Shown here: positions 37,318-47,944 of the stretch, piece after piece | Position numbering within the stretch: the stretch's first letter is position 1 | Layout of the letters: every line of letters begins with the position of its first letter | DNA from: an uncultured Thermoplasmatales archaeon | GTDB taxonomy: Archaea > Thermoplasmatota > E2 > DHVEG-1 | Length of the DNA stretch: 64,000 bases | Assembly: GCA_964410735.1 (NCBI GenBank) | Contig: CAYPIF010000107.1 | Coordinates: 6,656 to 70,655, forward strand | Direction of reading: 5' to 3' | Program-made: the position numbers and the translations under genes | The notes under the pieces: model-generated | Told to the model about the DNA's origin: nothing | The model's input: only the letters and a program-made list of their open reading frames with translations | Database searches by the model: none

Positions 37318-38925
37318 ATGGATGTTATTGAAAGTTCAATAGATACATCAAGTAAGGAATTCAAGGAGAACTTTGTTCATTATCAGAAATTGGTCAAACA
37401 TCTAAAAGATGATATAACTAAAGCTCAACAAGGTGGAGGAGAAGAAAAGATAAAACTTCATAAGAGCAGAAACAAGATGCTCGCCCGCGAAAGAATCGAT
37501 GCTCTCATCGATCCTGACACCCCATTCATGGAATTCAATCCTCTTGCTGCATACGGTATGTATGATGATAAGGCACCTAGCGCTGGTATCGTTACAGGCA
37601 TTGGCATTGTGCACGGTCGAGAGGTTGTTATCGTCGCTAATGATGCAACGGTCACAGGTGGAACATATTATCCAATGACTGTGAAGAAGCATCTAAGGGC
37701 TCAAGAGATAGCACTTGAGAATAACATACCATGTATCTATCTTGTTGATTCTGGTGGAGCATTCCTCCCTATGCAGGATGAAGTGTTTCCAGATCGGGAG
37801 CATTTTGGAAGGATATTTTATAACCAAGCGGTCATGTCCTCAAAGAACATCCCTCAGATCTCATCTGTGATGGGTTCTTGTACAGCTGGTGGTGCATATG
37901 TTCCTGCTATGAGCGATGAGACCATTATTGTTAAAGGAACTGGGACTATTTTTTTAGGAGGACCACCTCTTGTAAAAGCTGCAACCGGTGAGGAGGTTTC
38001 TGCTGAAGATCTTGGTGGTGCTGATGTTCATTGTAAGGAAAGTGGCGTCTCAGATCATTATGCTCATGATGATCCTGAAGCTATTTCCATGGTTCGTAAC
38101 ATTGTTGAGAACCTGAACAGGCCAACGAAGACATATCTTGATGTTCAAAAACCTGAGGAACCCGCCTATGATGTTAAAGAGATCTATGGTATCATTTCCA
38201 AGGATGCTCGGAAGCCATTTGAGGTACGGGAGATCATTGCCCGCATCGTTGATGGGTCTAAATTCCATGAGTTCAAGGCATTGTATGGGACAACAATCGT
38301 GTGTGGATTTGGCCGTATCATGGGTTACCCAGTTGGGATTCTTGCTAATAATGGTGTGCTTTTCTCAGAGTCCGCATTGAAAGGTACTCATTTCATTGAG
38401 ATGTGTTGCCAACGAAAGATACCACTTGTATTCCTTCAGAACATCACTGGTTTCATGGTTGGAAGGAAATATGAGGCAGGTGGTATCGCAAAGGATGGAG
38501 CAAAGATGGTGAGTGCTGTTGCAACAGCAAATGTTCCAAAGTTCACGGTCATCATCGGTGGTTCCTTTGGCGCAGGAAATTACGGTATGTGCGGTCGAGC
38601 GTATCAACCAAGGCAACTATGGATGTGGCCAAATTCAAGGATATCAGTGATGGGTGGTGAACAGGCAGCGAATGTACTTTTGACCGTGAAACGTGACCAA
38701 CTTTGGAGAAAAGGTATTGAATTGACAAAGGAAGAAGAAAAGAAGATCACCGACCCTATCTATAAGAAATATGAACTTGAAGGTAACCCGTATTACAGTA
38801 CTGCTCGTATCTGGGATGATGGTATTATCGATCCGGCTGATACAAGGCTTGTTTTAGGCCTGAGCATCTCAGCTGCGTTAAATGCACCAATTCCAGATTG
38901 GAGACCGGGTGTGTTCAGAATGTAG
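37318..38925 (+). CDS. acyl-CoA carboxylase carboxyltransferase subunit (MccB/PccB-like)
   Basis: 535 aa. '[11 protein letters not shown]...FMEF' and two crotonase-like CT domains, most like methylcrotonyl-CoA carboxylase beta. Confidence 0.85.
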   Translation: MDVIESSIDTSSKEFKENFVHYQKLVKHLKDDITKAQQGGGEEKIKLHKSRNKMLARERIDALIDPDTPFMEFNPLAAYGMYDDKAPSAGIVTGIGIVHGREVVIVANDATVTGGTYYPMTVKKHLRAQEIALENNIPCIYLVDSGGAFLPMQDEVFPDREHFGRIFYNQAVMSSKNIPQISSVMGSCTAGGAYVPAMSDETIIVKGTGTIFLGGPPLVKAATGEEVSAEDLGGADVHCKESGVSDHYAHDDPEAISMVRNIVENLNRPTKTYLDVQKPEEPAYDVKEIYGIISKDARKPFEVREIIARIVDGSKFHEFKALYGTTIVCGFGRIMGYPVGILANNGVLFSESALKGTHFIEMCCQRKIPLVFLQNITGFMVGRKYEAGGIAKDGAKMVSAVATANVPKFTVIIGGSFGAGNYGMCGRAYQPRQLWMWPNSRISVMGGEQAANVLLTVKRDQLWRKGIELTKEEEKKITDPIYKKYELEGNPYYSTARIWDDGIIDPADTRLVLGLSISAALNAPIPDWRPGVFRM

Positions 38926-39068
38926 ATTGTGCTCTCATCATGCCTTCTTCTAATGGGCATGTTTTATAAAGAGACCCCCGATAATAAATAAATGTGCACT
39001 GTGTTAACTCGCTTCGTGGGACAGGCAAGGAACAGTGGATAGAGAAGAGTGGGTAAATGTGATGACGT

Positions 39069-39596
39069 ATGGGTATCGTAGATCTAACCTCGATGGGAAA
39101 ACCTCAGACTGAGATTAAGGATGAGATAAACAGACGCCTTGTGACACTGAAAGATGAATTCTCCGAATACTGCTATCAATGTGGGAAATGTACCTCCGGT
39201 TGTGAGGCACATAAGCTCTTAGAATTGGAACCGCATAAGATCGTAGCATTGCTAAAACGTGGTCTGATAGATGAGATGGTGAACTCGGATATCATTTGGA
39301 CGTGTATGAGTTGTTTCAAATGCAGGGAACGCTGCCCTCAAAAGGTCGCCCCGGTGGAGATCCTTTTTGCATTGAAGAACATGGTTGTTGCAAGTGGGAA
39401 ACAGATCCCAGGCAATTATTCAATGTACCTTCAATCAGTCCTTTCAAAAGGTTTATTACAGGATGAAAAAGAGATCTCAACCCGGGATAATAGAACAATG
39501 AAACGAGGTGAATTAGGGTTACCGGAGATTTCAAAACCTGTTGATATGATTAAGTTCATGGGAGTGCTTTCAAAACTTGCCATGGAGAAGGTATGA
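39069..39596 (+). CDS. hdrC: heterodisulfide reductase subunit C-like
   Basis: 175 aa. Two 4Fe-4S motifs, 'CYQCGKCTSGC' and 'CMSCFKCRERCP'. Confidence 0.85.
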   Translation: MGIVDLTSMGKPQTEIKDEINRRLVTLKDEFSEYCYQCGKCTSGCEAHKLLELEPHKIVALLKRGLIDEMVNSDIIWTCMSCFKCRERCPQKVAPVEILFALKNMVVASGKQIPGNYSMYLQSVLSKGLLQDEKEISTRDNRTMKRGELGLPEISKPVDMIKFMGVLSKLAMEKV

Positions 39597-40483
39597 TGGA
39601 GGAGTTGAATATGAAGAAATTAGTTTTTTATCCGGGTTGCATGATGCAAACAGAGCAATATGCCTATGAACTCTCCCTTCGCGAGGTCCTCCCAAAGCTT
39701 GACGTTGAACTTGTGGATGTTCAGGGGTTTTCTTGTTGTGGTGAACCATTGAAAAGTGTGAATCAGATGCTCTCTATATCCCTTGCCGCTCGTAATATCG
39801 CCCTTGCGGAGAAACAGGGTCTTGACATATTTGTTCCCTGCCCTCTGTGTCATCTTGCCATGAGTGAATGTAAACGGATCCTTGATGCTGATGGTAAAAT
39901 GAAAGAACGGGTGAATTCATTTCTTAAAGATGATAATCTCACCTATACAGGCAAAGCAGGACTCGTAAGCATCCTTGACCTGTTCCATGACGTCGTTGGC
40001 CTGGAGAAAGTAAAAAAACTTGTCAAGCAACCATTATCCTCTATGAAAGCTGCTACTCATTATGGCTGCCATCTTATCAGACCATCAGAGATCGGTCGTC
40101 CTGATGATGCGGAGAATCCTCAAAAAATGGAACAGATCCTGAAAACAATTGGTGCAAAACCGGAGGATTACCCTGAAAAACTTGATTGTTGTGGTGGCTT
40201 ATTGAATGCGAATCTGCCAGAGACCGCACTCACAAAGACCGGGCAGAAACTGCAAAAGGTCCAAGAGTATGGTTTCAATGTATTCGTCGATGTGTGCCCA
40301 TGGTGTCATCGTCAGTTCGATGCCCGGCAGAAAAAAGCAGGTGAGACCGTTGCGGCAAAGCTCAATATTCCTGTGATGTATCTCACACAATTGATCGGTC
40401 TTTCATTTGGTATCAGTGAGGAGAAACTTGGTCTAGACCTAAACCTGAGCCCTGTTGAGGCAATTATACCAGGAGGGAACTAA
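39593..40483 (+). CDS. hdrB: heterodisulfide reductase subunit B-like (CCG domains)
   Basis: 296 aa. CCG motifs 'FSCCGEP' and 'LDCCGG'. Confidence 0.85.
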   Translation: MMEELNMKKLVFYPGCMMQTEQYAYELSLREVLPKLDVELVDVQGFSCCGEPLKSVNQMLSISLAARNIALAEKQGLDIFVPCPLCHLAMSECKRILDADGKMKERVNSFLKDDNLTYTGKAGLVSILDLFHDVVGLEKVKKLVKQPLSSMKAATHYGCHLIRPSEIGRPDDAENPQKMEQILKTIGAKPEDYPEKLDCCGGLLNANLPETALTKTGQKLQKVQEYGFNVFVDVCPWCHRQFDARQKKAGETVAAKLNIPVMYLTQLIGLSFGISEEKLGLDLNLSPVEAIIPGGN

Positions 40484-40484
40484 G

Positions 40485-42452
40485 ATGACCAATAAGATCG
40501 GTGTGTTCGTCTGTCATTGTGGTATCAACATTTCTCAAAACGTTGATGTAAAGGCACTTACAAAGTATGCAAAAGATTTGAAGGATGTGGTGGTGAGCGA
40601 GTCGTACAAATATATGTGTTCGGACTCTGGTGCTAATCTTATTAAGGATTCAATCAAAAAGCATAAGCTTGATAGTGTTGTCATCGCTTGTTGTTCTCCT
40701 CGTATGCATGAGCACACCTTCCGTGGCGTCGTTGAGACCGGTAGTGTGAACGCATTTAATCTTGAGATCGCTAACATCCGCGAACAATGTTCCTGGGTCC
40801 ATGATGATAAGGAAAAGGCTACAGAGAAGGCAAAAGCGTTGGTTCGTGGTGCGGTTGCAAAGGCCCGTTTTCTTGAACCCTTGGAACCTACGAAGGTTAC
40901 TGTTACCCCAAAGGCATTGGTCATCGGTGGTGGTATCGCAGGGATCCAAACAGCACTAGATATCGCTGATAAAGGGTACAAGGTACATCTTGTCGAAAAG
41001 ACACCGAGTATCGGTGGCCGGATGGCTCAGCTTGATAAAACATTTCCAACCCTTGATTGTTCAGGTTGTATCTTGACCCCTAAGATGAGTGAGGTAGCTA
41101 ATCACCCTAATATTGACCTTCTAACATATTCTGAGGTGAAGAATGTTGAGGGAAGCATCGGTAATTTCACGGTAACGGTAACAAAAAAGGCCCGGTATGT
41201 AGACCTTGATACCTGTACAGGGTGTGGGGATTGTGTACAAGCCTGCAGGTTAAAGGGACGTATCAGCAGTGAATTCGATGAGCATATCGGAAAGCGAAGC
41301 GCTATCTATATGCCGTTCCCACAAGCGGTTCCATTGAAATGTACCATTGATGAATCAACATGTTTGATGCTTACGAAGGGAAAATGTGGGACAGGTCCTC
41401 TCTGTGTGGAGGCGTGTGAACCTGGTGCGATCGATTTTGATCAAAAGGATGAAGATATCAGTTTATCTGTTGGAGCAATCGTTGCAGCAACAGGGTTTGA
41501 CCTCATCGATGAGGATCTTGTGTATGAATATGGATATTCTCGATCTAAGGATGTTATCACAAGTTTAGAGATGGAACGGCTTATCAATTCCTCTGGTCCA
41601 ACTGGGGGAGAGATACGTCTCCCAGGTAATGGTGAAAAACCGGAGAGTATCACCTATCTTCTTTGTGTTGGTTCTCGGGATCAAAACAGTTGTAGTTGGT
41701 GCTGCAGGATCGGTTGTATGAGTGCATTGAAACAAATGTATCTTCTCCGCGAGAAACTTCCTGATGTCGAACTGAATCTGTGTTATATGGATATCAGGAG
41801 TTATGGGAAGAAATATGAGGAGTTCTATCGAACCGTCCGTGGTATCAACAGTAATGTCTTCCGGGGGCGCCCTTCAGAGGTGAGGCAGAATGGTGATCAA
41901 CTCATCGTTGATGTCTTCGACACAACAACTGGTAAACTCTTTGAGATATCTTCAGATCTGGTCGTATTAGTCCCAGCCATTGTTCCTCGGAATGATGCAG
42001 GGGATGTCGCTCGTACATTACGTATCTCTCAGAGCGATGATGGTTTCTTTTTAGAGGCGCATCCAAAACTAAGGCCAATGGATACCGCAACCGGTGGTAT
42101 TTTCTTATCTGGTACCTGTCAAGGGCCAAAGGATATTCAGGATACGGTAGCTCAGGCAAGTGGTGCAGCATCTCGAGTGGTAAATATTCTATCAAAAAAC
42201 ACCCTTGAGGTTGAACCATTGATCGCTTGTGTTGATGAGGATCTATGCTCCGGGTGTGGTACCTGTGTGAGTGTATGTCCGTATCAGGCGATCGATCTCA
42301 TAAAAATGGAGGATGGTAAATCCCATGCAAAGGTCAATGAGGCATTATGTATGGGCTGTGGCGCCTGTGCTGCTTCATGTCCTTCTGGTGCAATGCAACA
42401 AAAAGGTTTCAAGGATAAACAACTCATTCCAATGATCGATGCGACAGTATAA
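40485..42452 (+). CDS. hdrA: heterodisulfide reductase subunit A-like FAD/Fe-S flavoprotein
   Basis: N-terminal 'CHCG', FAD 'GGGIAGIQTALDIA'. Multiple ferredoxin CxxCxxCxxxCP motifs. GGAGGGAA lies upstream of ATG 40485; the track start at 40455 is inside hdrB. Confidence 0.9.
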   Translation: MTNKIGVFVCHCGINISQNVDVKALTKYAKDLKDVVVSESYKYMCSDSGANLIKDSIKKHKLDSVVIACCSPRMHEHTFRGVVETGSVNAFNLEIANIREQCSWVHDDKEKATEKAKALVRGAVAKARFLEPLEPTKVTVTPKALVIGGGIAGIQTALDIADKGYKVHLVEKTPSIGGRMAQLDKTFPTLDCSGCILTPKMSEVANHPNIDLLTYSEVKNVEGSIGNFTVTVTKKARYVDLDTCTGCGDCVQACRLKGRISSEFDEHIGKRSAIYMPFPQAVPLKCTIDESTCLMLTKGKCGTGPLCVEACEPGAIDFDQKDEDISLSVGAIVAATGFDLIDEDLVYEYGYSRSKDVITSLEMERLINSSGPTGGEIRLPGNGEKPESITYLLCVGSRDQNSCSWCCRIGCMSALKQMYLLREKLPDVELNLCYMDIRSYGKKYEEFYRTVRGINSNVFRGRPSEVRQNGDQLIVDVFDTTTGKLFEISSDLVVLVPAIVPRNDAGDVARTLRISQSDDGFFLEAHPKLRPMDTATGGIFLSGTCQGPKDIQDTVAQASGAASRVVNILSKNTLEVEPLIACVDEDLCSGCGTCVSVCPYQAIDLIKMEDGKSHAKVNEALCMGCGACAASCPSGAMQQKGFKDKQLIPMIDATV

Positions 42453-42480
42453 CAATAAAAAAATAAAATAAAAAAGGGAA

Positions 42481-42497
42481 GGAGATTGTAAATCTCC
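42481..42497. terminator. stem-loop GGAGATT-GTA-AATCTCC followed by a T-rich tract, between convergent hdrA and the 4-hydroxybutyryl-CoA dehydratase gene
   Basis: Perfect 7-bp inverted repeat directly between the two stop codons, flanked by A-rich (upstream) and T-rich (downstream) runs. Confidence 0.4.
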
Positions 42498-42498
42498 A

Positions 42499-43959
42499 TT
42501 ATTTCTTCTTTTTCGATTCGACAACGATATCTTCATCAATATTGCCTATTCTTTTTGCTAGGTCAATGTAATGATTGATATCTGATTTTGCATTGATCAA
42601 AAGCTTTGCACCATCTGGTGATCCACCACCATGCATACATCCTGGTACTCCGGCTCCAAGGGTCAACCATTCAATGAGACGAGCGATCTTTGCCCGTGCT
42701 TCACCAGATGAGTTTGCTTTCAGGTATTTTTTAAGAAGATCACCATACCGTGGATCATCAAGGTCCTTATATGATGGCAAACACCCTGTTTCTCCGATAC
42801 CACCAGAGATATCCTGCACGATGCGTTTTGTCTCATACGGAAGTGTTCCAACATGGACCTTATTCACGTTTGAAAGAAGGGTATCAGGTACCCACACCCC
42901 ACTGGGATGTTTCTTCCCTAGAGCACTTGCAGCAACACCCATACCAAAGGTTGTCTCATTGTTGATCATCATCTGGATCAATTTCTCTCTGAACACTTTC
43001 TCAGAGAGCCCATTTGCTCGAGCCATAAGCGCTGCAGCACCGATCATCACATCACCTTGACCTGCGACACAACCACCGATAGCTGCTCGGTATGGTGCAA
43101 CAAAGTTCATCACTGCTTTAATCGCATATGGATACTCACGACACATGAACACCCTTTCATTTGGGATGAACACATCATCGAAGAGCAGGTACGCTTGAGT
43201 AATACCCCCATGTTCCACAGGGTTATCAAAACCTTCTTCACTTTCTCGGCTATCCGATGGATGTCTTGTTTCAATGATGGTAAGATCCTTGTTGTCCCGT
43301 GGGATAGTAAAGGAGACCGCATAATCCTTATCTTCCTCACGATAACTTGTCCCAGGCATAACAAATATCTCATTTGAAGCTGCTACACCACAGATCATGA
43401 CCTTTGCTCCTCGGACCGTTATACCTTTGTTATCAGTATCAACGATATGAAGACTCATATCAGGATCAACTTGTTGAGATGGTGATTTCGTCCTATCGCC
43501 CTTTGGATCGGTCAATGCTCCTGCAAGGGCGATATCCTGTTCCTGCGCCTGTTTCAACCATTTTTTCAGACGAGTATGATACTCCGTTCCATATTCATTG
43601 TCCATATCAAAGGTTGCAGCATACATAGCATTTAACGCATTGAACCCTGCACACCGTCCTCCGGTACAGGTCCCTGTGAGATTGAACATCAATCGTTTCA
43701 TGCGGACATTTGCGATCATATCCTCAGCATTTTGAAGGATAGAAAGATACCGGACAACAGGTTTTTTAGTAAGACAGGAGGTGGTTGTAAGGATATCAGC
43801 GTATTCATCTTTTAAGGCAGCAGCATAAATCTGAGCATGCCCCTCAACGGTTCGTTTTGTCGCTGGATGTGTGGTCACATCCTTGATCAGCTCACCAAAT
43901 TTGTAGATATTTGGTTTTAGTTTTTGAAGTGATTTCTTATATTCTTCAGGTGTTTTCAT
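42499..43959 (-). CDS. 4-hydroxybutyryl-CoA dehydratase / vinylacetyl-CoA isomerase family (AbfD-like)
   Basis: N-terminus 'MKTPEEYKKSLQKLKPNIY' and overall length are typical of the 4-HBD/HpaB flavoprotein family. GAGGA SD lies upstream of ATG 43959; the track start at 43989 overlaps the upstream gene. Confidence 0.8.
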   Translation of the reverse strand: MKTPEEYKKSLQKLKPNIYKFGELIKDVTTHPATKRTVEGHAQIYAAALKDEYADILTTTSCLTKKPVVRYLSILQNAEDMIANVRMKRLMFNLTGTCTGGRCAGFNALNAMYAATFDMDNEYGTEYHTRLKKWLKQAQEQDIALAGALTDPKGDRTKSPSQQVDPDMSLHIVDTDNKGITVRGAKVMICGVAASNEIFVMPGTSYREEDKDYAVSFTIPRDNKDLTIIETRHPSDSRESEEGFDNPVEHGGITQAYLLFDDVFIPNERVFMCREYPYAIKAVMNFVAPYRAAIGGCVAGQGDVMIGAAALMARANGLSEKVFREKLIQMMINNETTFGMGVAASALGKKHPSGVWVPDTLLSNVNKVHVGTLPYETKRIVQDISGGIGETGCLPSYKDLDDPRYGDLLKKYLKANSSGEARAKIARLIEWLTLGAGVPGCMHGGGSPDGAKLLINAKSDINHYIDLAKRIGNIDEDIVVESKKKK

Positions 43960-43961
43960 AT

Positions 43962-44492
43962 TTATTCCTCTTTGAGAATAAATTCCCATTCACACCAGAG
44001 ATCATCTGGATGTTCATCTGGTGGGCAAATGTTACAGTTCACAACAATGTTCTCATTTATCTCCTTTGCAAAGGCTTTGAGAAAACCCCAGCGAACTGGT
44101 TTACATGCAAATTCTCCAAGACCTTTCTGTATGCGTGTGTTCTGTACACGGCATTTTACATTTCGAAGGATGGCTTTATCCTTTTCTATCTCGATCTCCT
44201 TGTCTTCAAGGTCCAATGACCAGCCAGAATACCCTAATGCAGTCATCAGGCTATCAATATCTGATCCCTTTATATCAAAGAGAGCTTTGATACGTCGGGC
44301 TTCGATCTTTCCCATGACCTCCCAGACGAACCTATCGATCTCTGTGGCTTCCTTTGTGCCAAATTTCTTTTCAATCCCCATGTAATACAGCCCATCAACA
44401 GCCCACATATCTCTAAGATGCATGAACACGAAATCCGCTAGTTTTTCCCTTGGGATCGACTCGATTATCTTTCTATCTCTTTCTCGGTCCAT
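43962..44492 (-). CDS. uncharacterised Cys-containing protein (possibly ATC-hydrolase-like)
   Basis: 176 aa. C-terminal 'VNCNICPPDEHPDDLWCEWE'. Its stop abuts the 4-HBD start, so it is likely in the same operon. Family uncertain. Confidence 0.4.
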   Translation of the reverse strand: MDRERDRKIIESIPREKLADFVFMHLRDMWAVDGLYYMGIEKKFGTKEATEIDRFVWEVMGKIEARRIKALFDIKGSDIDSLMTALGYSGWSLDLEDKEIEIEKDKAILRNVKCRVQNTRIQKGLGEFACKPVRWGFLKAFAKEINENIVVNCNICPPDEHPDDLWCEWEFILKEE

Positions 44493-44550
44493 AGTGTATC
44501 ACCCTAAAAAAAAAGAAAAAGGTTGAGAGCGTTGTCAAAGCAGACATGGG

Positions 44551-45507
44551 TTATCCCATCTTTGCTTTGATCGCCTCTGTGAGTCTTGGTAGGACCTTGT
44601 AAAGGTCACCAACGATTCCATAATCTGCAGATTTGAAGATCAACGCATCTGCATCCTTGTTAATAGCGACAACGATACCTGAATCACGCATACCAGCGAT
44701 ATGTTGGATCTGCCCAGAGATACCTGCAGCAATGTAGAGCTTTGGTTTGACCTTATGCCCTGAAAGCCCGATCCAATGTTCCTCCGGGAGCCATTTAAGG
44801 TCAGCAGCGATCGGACGGCTGCAACCAATGGTTTTTCCCTTTAGCACATCAGCAAGTTCGTTGACAAGTTTCAGATCCTCTTTGTTCTTAAGGCCTCGCC
44901 CGCAGGAGACAATGATCTCCGCATCCTCAACATTTACTCCGCCGCTCTGTAATTCAGCAACCGTCGCAATGGTCGAAGGTGATGTTTCAAAGACTGCCTT
45001 TGTTTTCTCGATGTCACCTTTCCGTTTATCATCCTTTGGCAAGGGATCGAACACCTTTGAAGGAACAGTGACAACCGACGGGGTTGTATTGAATTGTTCA
45101 ACCGCTATTGCATTGCCACTGTAAACAACACGTTCCGCGGTTACCTTACCATCTTTCATGCACACATTGGTTGCATCAATGATACATCCTGCATCAAGCG
45201 TACCTGCAATACGGGATGCAAGTTCCTTTCCGTTCTTATCTGATCCAATGAGAACAACCTGAGCTTTTGTATCATTTATGATATGTTTAAGGATATCAGT
45301 GTATTCCTCTGCCTTATAATGTTCAAGGTCCGATTCAACGTGAACGACCTTATCTGCACCATATGCAATATATTCCTTTGCGAGAGCCTCATCATAGGTT
45401 CCAATGCTGACCGCTATTGTCTTTGTCTTAAGTTCTTTTGCAAGATCTGCTGCTTTGTGTAAGAGTTCAAGAGTTAGATTTTTTGAATCTGAGTAAACAA
45501 GTATCAT
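44551..45507 (-). CDS. etfA: electron transfer flavoprotein alpha subunit
   Basis: 318 aa. FAD-binding C-terminal domain 'IAAGISGQIQHIAGM'. Confidence 0.9.
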   Translation of the reverse strand: MILVYSDSKNLTLELLHKAADLAKELKTKTIAVSIGTYDEALAKEYIAYGADKVVHVESDLEHYKAEEYTDILKHIINDTKAQVVLIGSDKNGKELASRIAGTLDAGCIIDATNVCMKDGKVTAERVVYSGNAIAVEQFNTTPSVVTVPSKVFDPLPKDDKRKGDIEKTKAVFETSPSTIATVAELQSGGVNVEDAEIIVSCGRGLKNKEDLKLVNELADVLKGKTIGCSRPIAADLKWLPEEHWIGLSGHKVKPKLYIAAGISGQIQHIAGMRDSGIVVAINKDADALIFKSADYGIVGDLYKVLPRLTEAIKAKMG

Positions 45508-45511
45508 GATA

Positions 45512-46273
45512 TCACCTCAACACTCCATCCTTTGCAAGATTATCCACTAATTTCTTAATAGTATCATCACTGTCGTCATCATAGATAACGTTTTTACGAT
45601 CACTTGAAACACCTTGTAAATCTATTGTCTGAACCTTTGGTTCAAGTGTTATATCAAGTGATTCAACGGTCCAGTCCTGTATTGGTTTACTTGCTGATGC
45701 AAGGATCTGCATAAGACTTGGAAGCCGTGGTTCATTGATCTCTTTTGTCACTGAAACGAGCACGGGATATGGTGATTCCATGGTAACGACCATATCACCA
45801 AGATTTCGTTCTGCATTGACCTTGTCCTTTTCAGCAGTGACCTTTTGTGCATAGGTTATTTGAGGAACATTGAGCATACCTGCAAGTCGTGGACCAACCT
45901 GACCAGAGAACATATCAATTGATGCCTCTCCACAGAGAATAACATCATACTCCCCGATCTTTTTAATGGCACCTGCTAGAATCTTTGTCAGCATAGCGTA
46001 ATCCATGTTCTCAGGAGGCGGAATTAGGATCCCTTCATCGGCACCCATAGCAAGTAGTTCTTTGATACGTTCCTTTGCATCAGCTTCTCCAACGGTGAGA
46101 ACGGTTATCTTCCCACCATTTGCATCCTTTATCTTTATCGCTTCTTCAACTGCGTTTTTATCGATCTCATTTACTTTTTTGCTAAGACCTGTAAGAATTG
46201 GTTTATTTGTTTTGCTATCGATCTTCATCTCTGAAATATCAACTACTTGTTTTGCACATACGATTATGTTCAT
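45512..46273 (-). CDS. etfB: electron transfer flavoprotein beta subunit
   Basis: 253 aa. 'MNIIVCAKQVVD' N-terminus. 'VLCGEASIDMFSGQVG'. Confidence 0.9.
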   Translation of the reverse strand: MNIIVCAKQVVDISEMKIDSKTNKPILTGLSKKVNEIDKNAVEEAIKIKDANGGKITVLTVGEADAKERIKELLAMGADEGILIPPPENMDYAMLTKILAGAIKKIGEYDVILCGEASIDMFSGQVGPRLAGMLNVPQITYAQKVTAEKDKVNAERNLGDMVVTMESPYPVLVSVTKEINEPRLPSLMQILASASKPIQDWTVESLDITLEPKVQTIDLQGVSSDRKNVIYDDDSDDTIKKLVDNLAKDGVLR

Positions 46274-47913
46274 AGGTTTCTATCTCCCAATTTCTTCTCT
46301 TTCTCTTGTTCCCGTAGAACCTTTCTTTTGATTTTACCACTTTGAGTCTTTGGAAGCTCTTCTACAAACTCGATCTCACGAGGATATTTGTAGGGAGCTG
46401 AGACATTTCTAGTATGATCCTGTAATATCCTGACCATCTCGTCACTTGCTTTCTTTTTATCATGTAAAATAACAAATGCTTTGACAATGACCCCTCGTAT
46501 CTCATCTGGACTCGCTACCACCGCAGCCTCTAGTACATCAGGATGTGATACCAGAGCTGATTCCACCTCAAACGGTGATATACGGTATCCTGCAGCCATG
46601 ATAAGGTCATCATCTCGTCCGCTGAACCAGAAATAGCCATCTTCATCTTTGTATAAGACATCACCAGTGAGGAACCAGTCTCCTTTGAAACTTGCCTTTG
46701 TCTTATCAGGTTTGTTCCAATATTCTTTAAGAAGCCCAGGATCAGTTTTATGAACCGCAAGCATCCCTGGTTTTCCAGGAGGAAGTGGTTTTCCTTCATT
46801 ATCAATGACATCACATTGTTTCCCTGGCTGTGGACGACCGCAGGACCCTGGTTTTATCGGCATGCCTTTCATATTGGACAGATAGACCATGACCTCGGTC
46901 ATACCTATACCATCGTATATATCAAGGTTGAACCGTTGTTTCCATTCCTTGATAACCTCAGGGTTCAATGGCTCACCAGCGGATATACAATGTCTCAGAC
47001 TTGAAAGATCATATGTTTTTTCAGCATCCTTAATCGTCACAAACATTCGATAACACGTTGGAACACTTGCAAGATTCGTAATCTTATATTTCTCGATGAA
47101 ATGATACCATTTCTCAGGGTTGAACCGTCCATCATACACAAAGGTGGTTATCCCTTGTCTCCAAACATAGAGGAAGCCGTTTCCCAGCGGGAATATCCAT
47201 GAGAGATCCCCTGTATGCCCAATGATATCATCTTGTTTACCATCCTGCCAATAGAGTACACTTGGATCGTTTCCTATCACCCATCGATGAAGATGCACCG
47301 CACCTTTAGGATTCCCCGTTGTACCTGAGGTGTAACAGAAGAAAGCCATATCATCCTTCTTTGTTTTTTCCAGTACGAGCTTGTCAGATGCGTCTTCCAT
47401 CCGTTCCTTGTAAGAGATCTCGTTTTTTCCAGGTTCATCAACAATAATGACATATTGTAGACTTGGACAGTTCCCTCGAATCTTTCGTAGCTCATCTGCA
47501 AACTTAGCAGTGGTGATAACTGCTTTGGATTCACTATCCTTTATCCGGTATTCTATCTCATGACTACGGAACATCACACTTGATGGGATAGGTACCGCAC
47601 CGATCTTCACACCACCAATAAAACTAATCTGAAAAGCGGGTATATTCGGAAGTCTAATAAGGAAACGGTCGCCTTTTTTGAAACCAAGGTCACGCAGGAT
47701 GTTTCCAAACTTGTTTGAAAGTTTTTTCATTTCCAAAAACGTATATGTCTCAGTCTCACCCTTTTCATTCTCCCAGAGAAGAGCGATCTTGTCCTTGTTT
47801 TCTCCCTCCGCATGTTTATCTACACAGTCATATCCAACGTTATATTGGTCAGGGATATCCCATTTCCAATTACCTGCCTCTTTCCCATAATTAAAAGCAC
47901 CCATACGCCTCAC
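46270..47913 (-). CDS. AMP-forming acyl-CoA synthetase (medium-chain/ACS-like)
   Basis: 547 aa. 'YTSGTTGNPKG' AMP motif, 'GYRISPFEVES', 'PKTQSGKIKRK'. Confidence 0.85.
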   Translation of the reverse strand: MRRMGAFNYGKEAGNWKWDIPDQYNVGYDCVDKHAEGENKDKIALLWENEKGETETYTFLEMKKLSNKFGNILRDLGFKKGDRFLIRLPNIPAFQISFIGGVKIGAVPIPSSVMFRSHEIEYRIKDSESKAVITTAKFADELRKIRGNCPSLQYVIIVDEPGKNEISYKERMEDASDKLVLEKTKKDDMAFFCYTSGTTGNPKGAVHLHRWVIGNDPSVLYWQDGKQDDIIGHTGDLSWIFPLGNGFLYVWRQGITTFVYDGRFNPEKWYHFIEKYKITNLASVPTCYRMFVTIKDAEKTYDLSSLRHCISAGEPLNPEVIKEWKQRFNLDIYDGIGMTEVMVYLSNMKGMPIKPGSCGRPQPGKQCDVIDNEGKPLPPGKPGMLAVHKTDPGLLKEYWNKPDKTKASFKGDWFLTGDVLYKDEDGYFWFSGRDDDLIMAAGYRISPFEVESALVSHPDVLEAAVVASPDEIRGVIVKAFVILHDKKKASDEMVRILQDHTRNVSAPYKYPREIEFVEELPKTQSGKIKRKVLREQEKEKKLGDRNL

Positions 47914-47944
47914 CTAAATAAATGAAAGAGAGATGAAGGTGTTA

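Noticed and set aside
30986-42452. Possible selenocysteine (in-frame TGA) in MvhA, MvhD or HdrA, as in some methanogens.
   Set aside because: All the relevant metal-ligand positions are encoded by Cys codons and the reading frames are uninterrupted. There is no evidence for Sec recoding.
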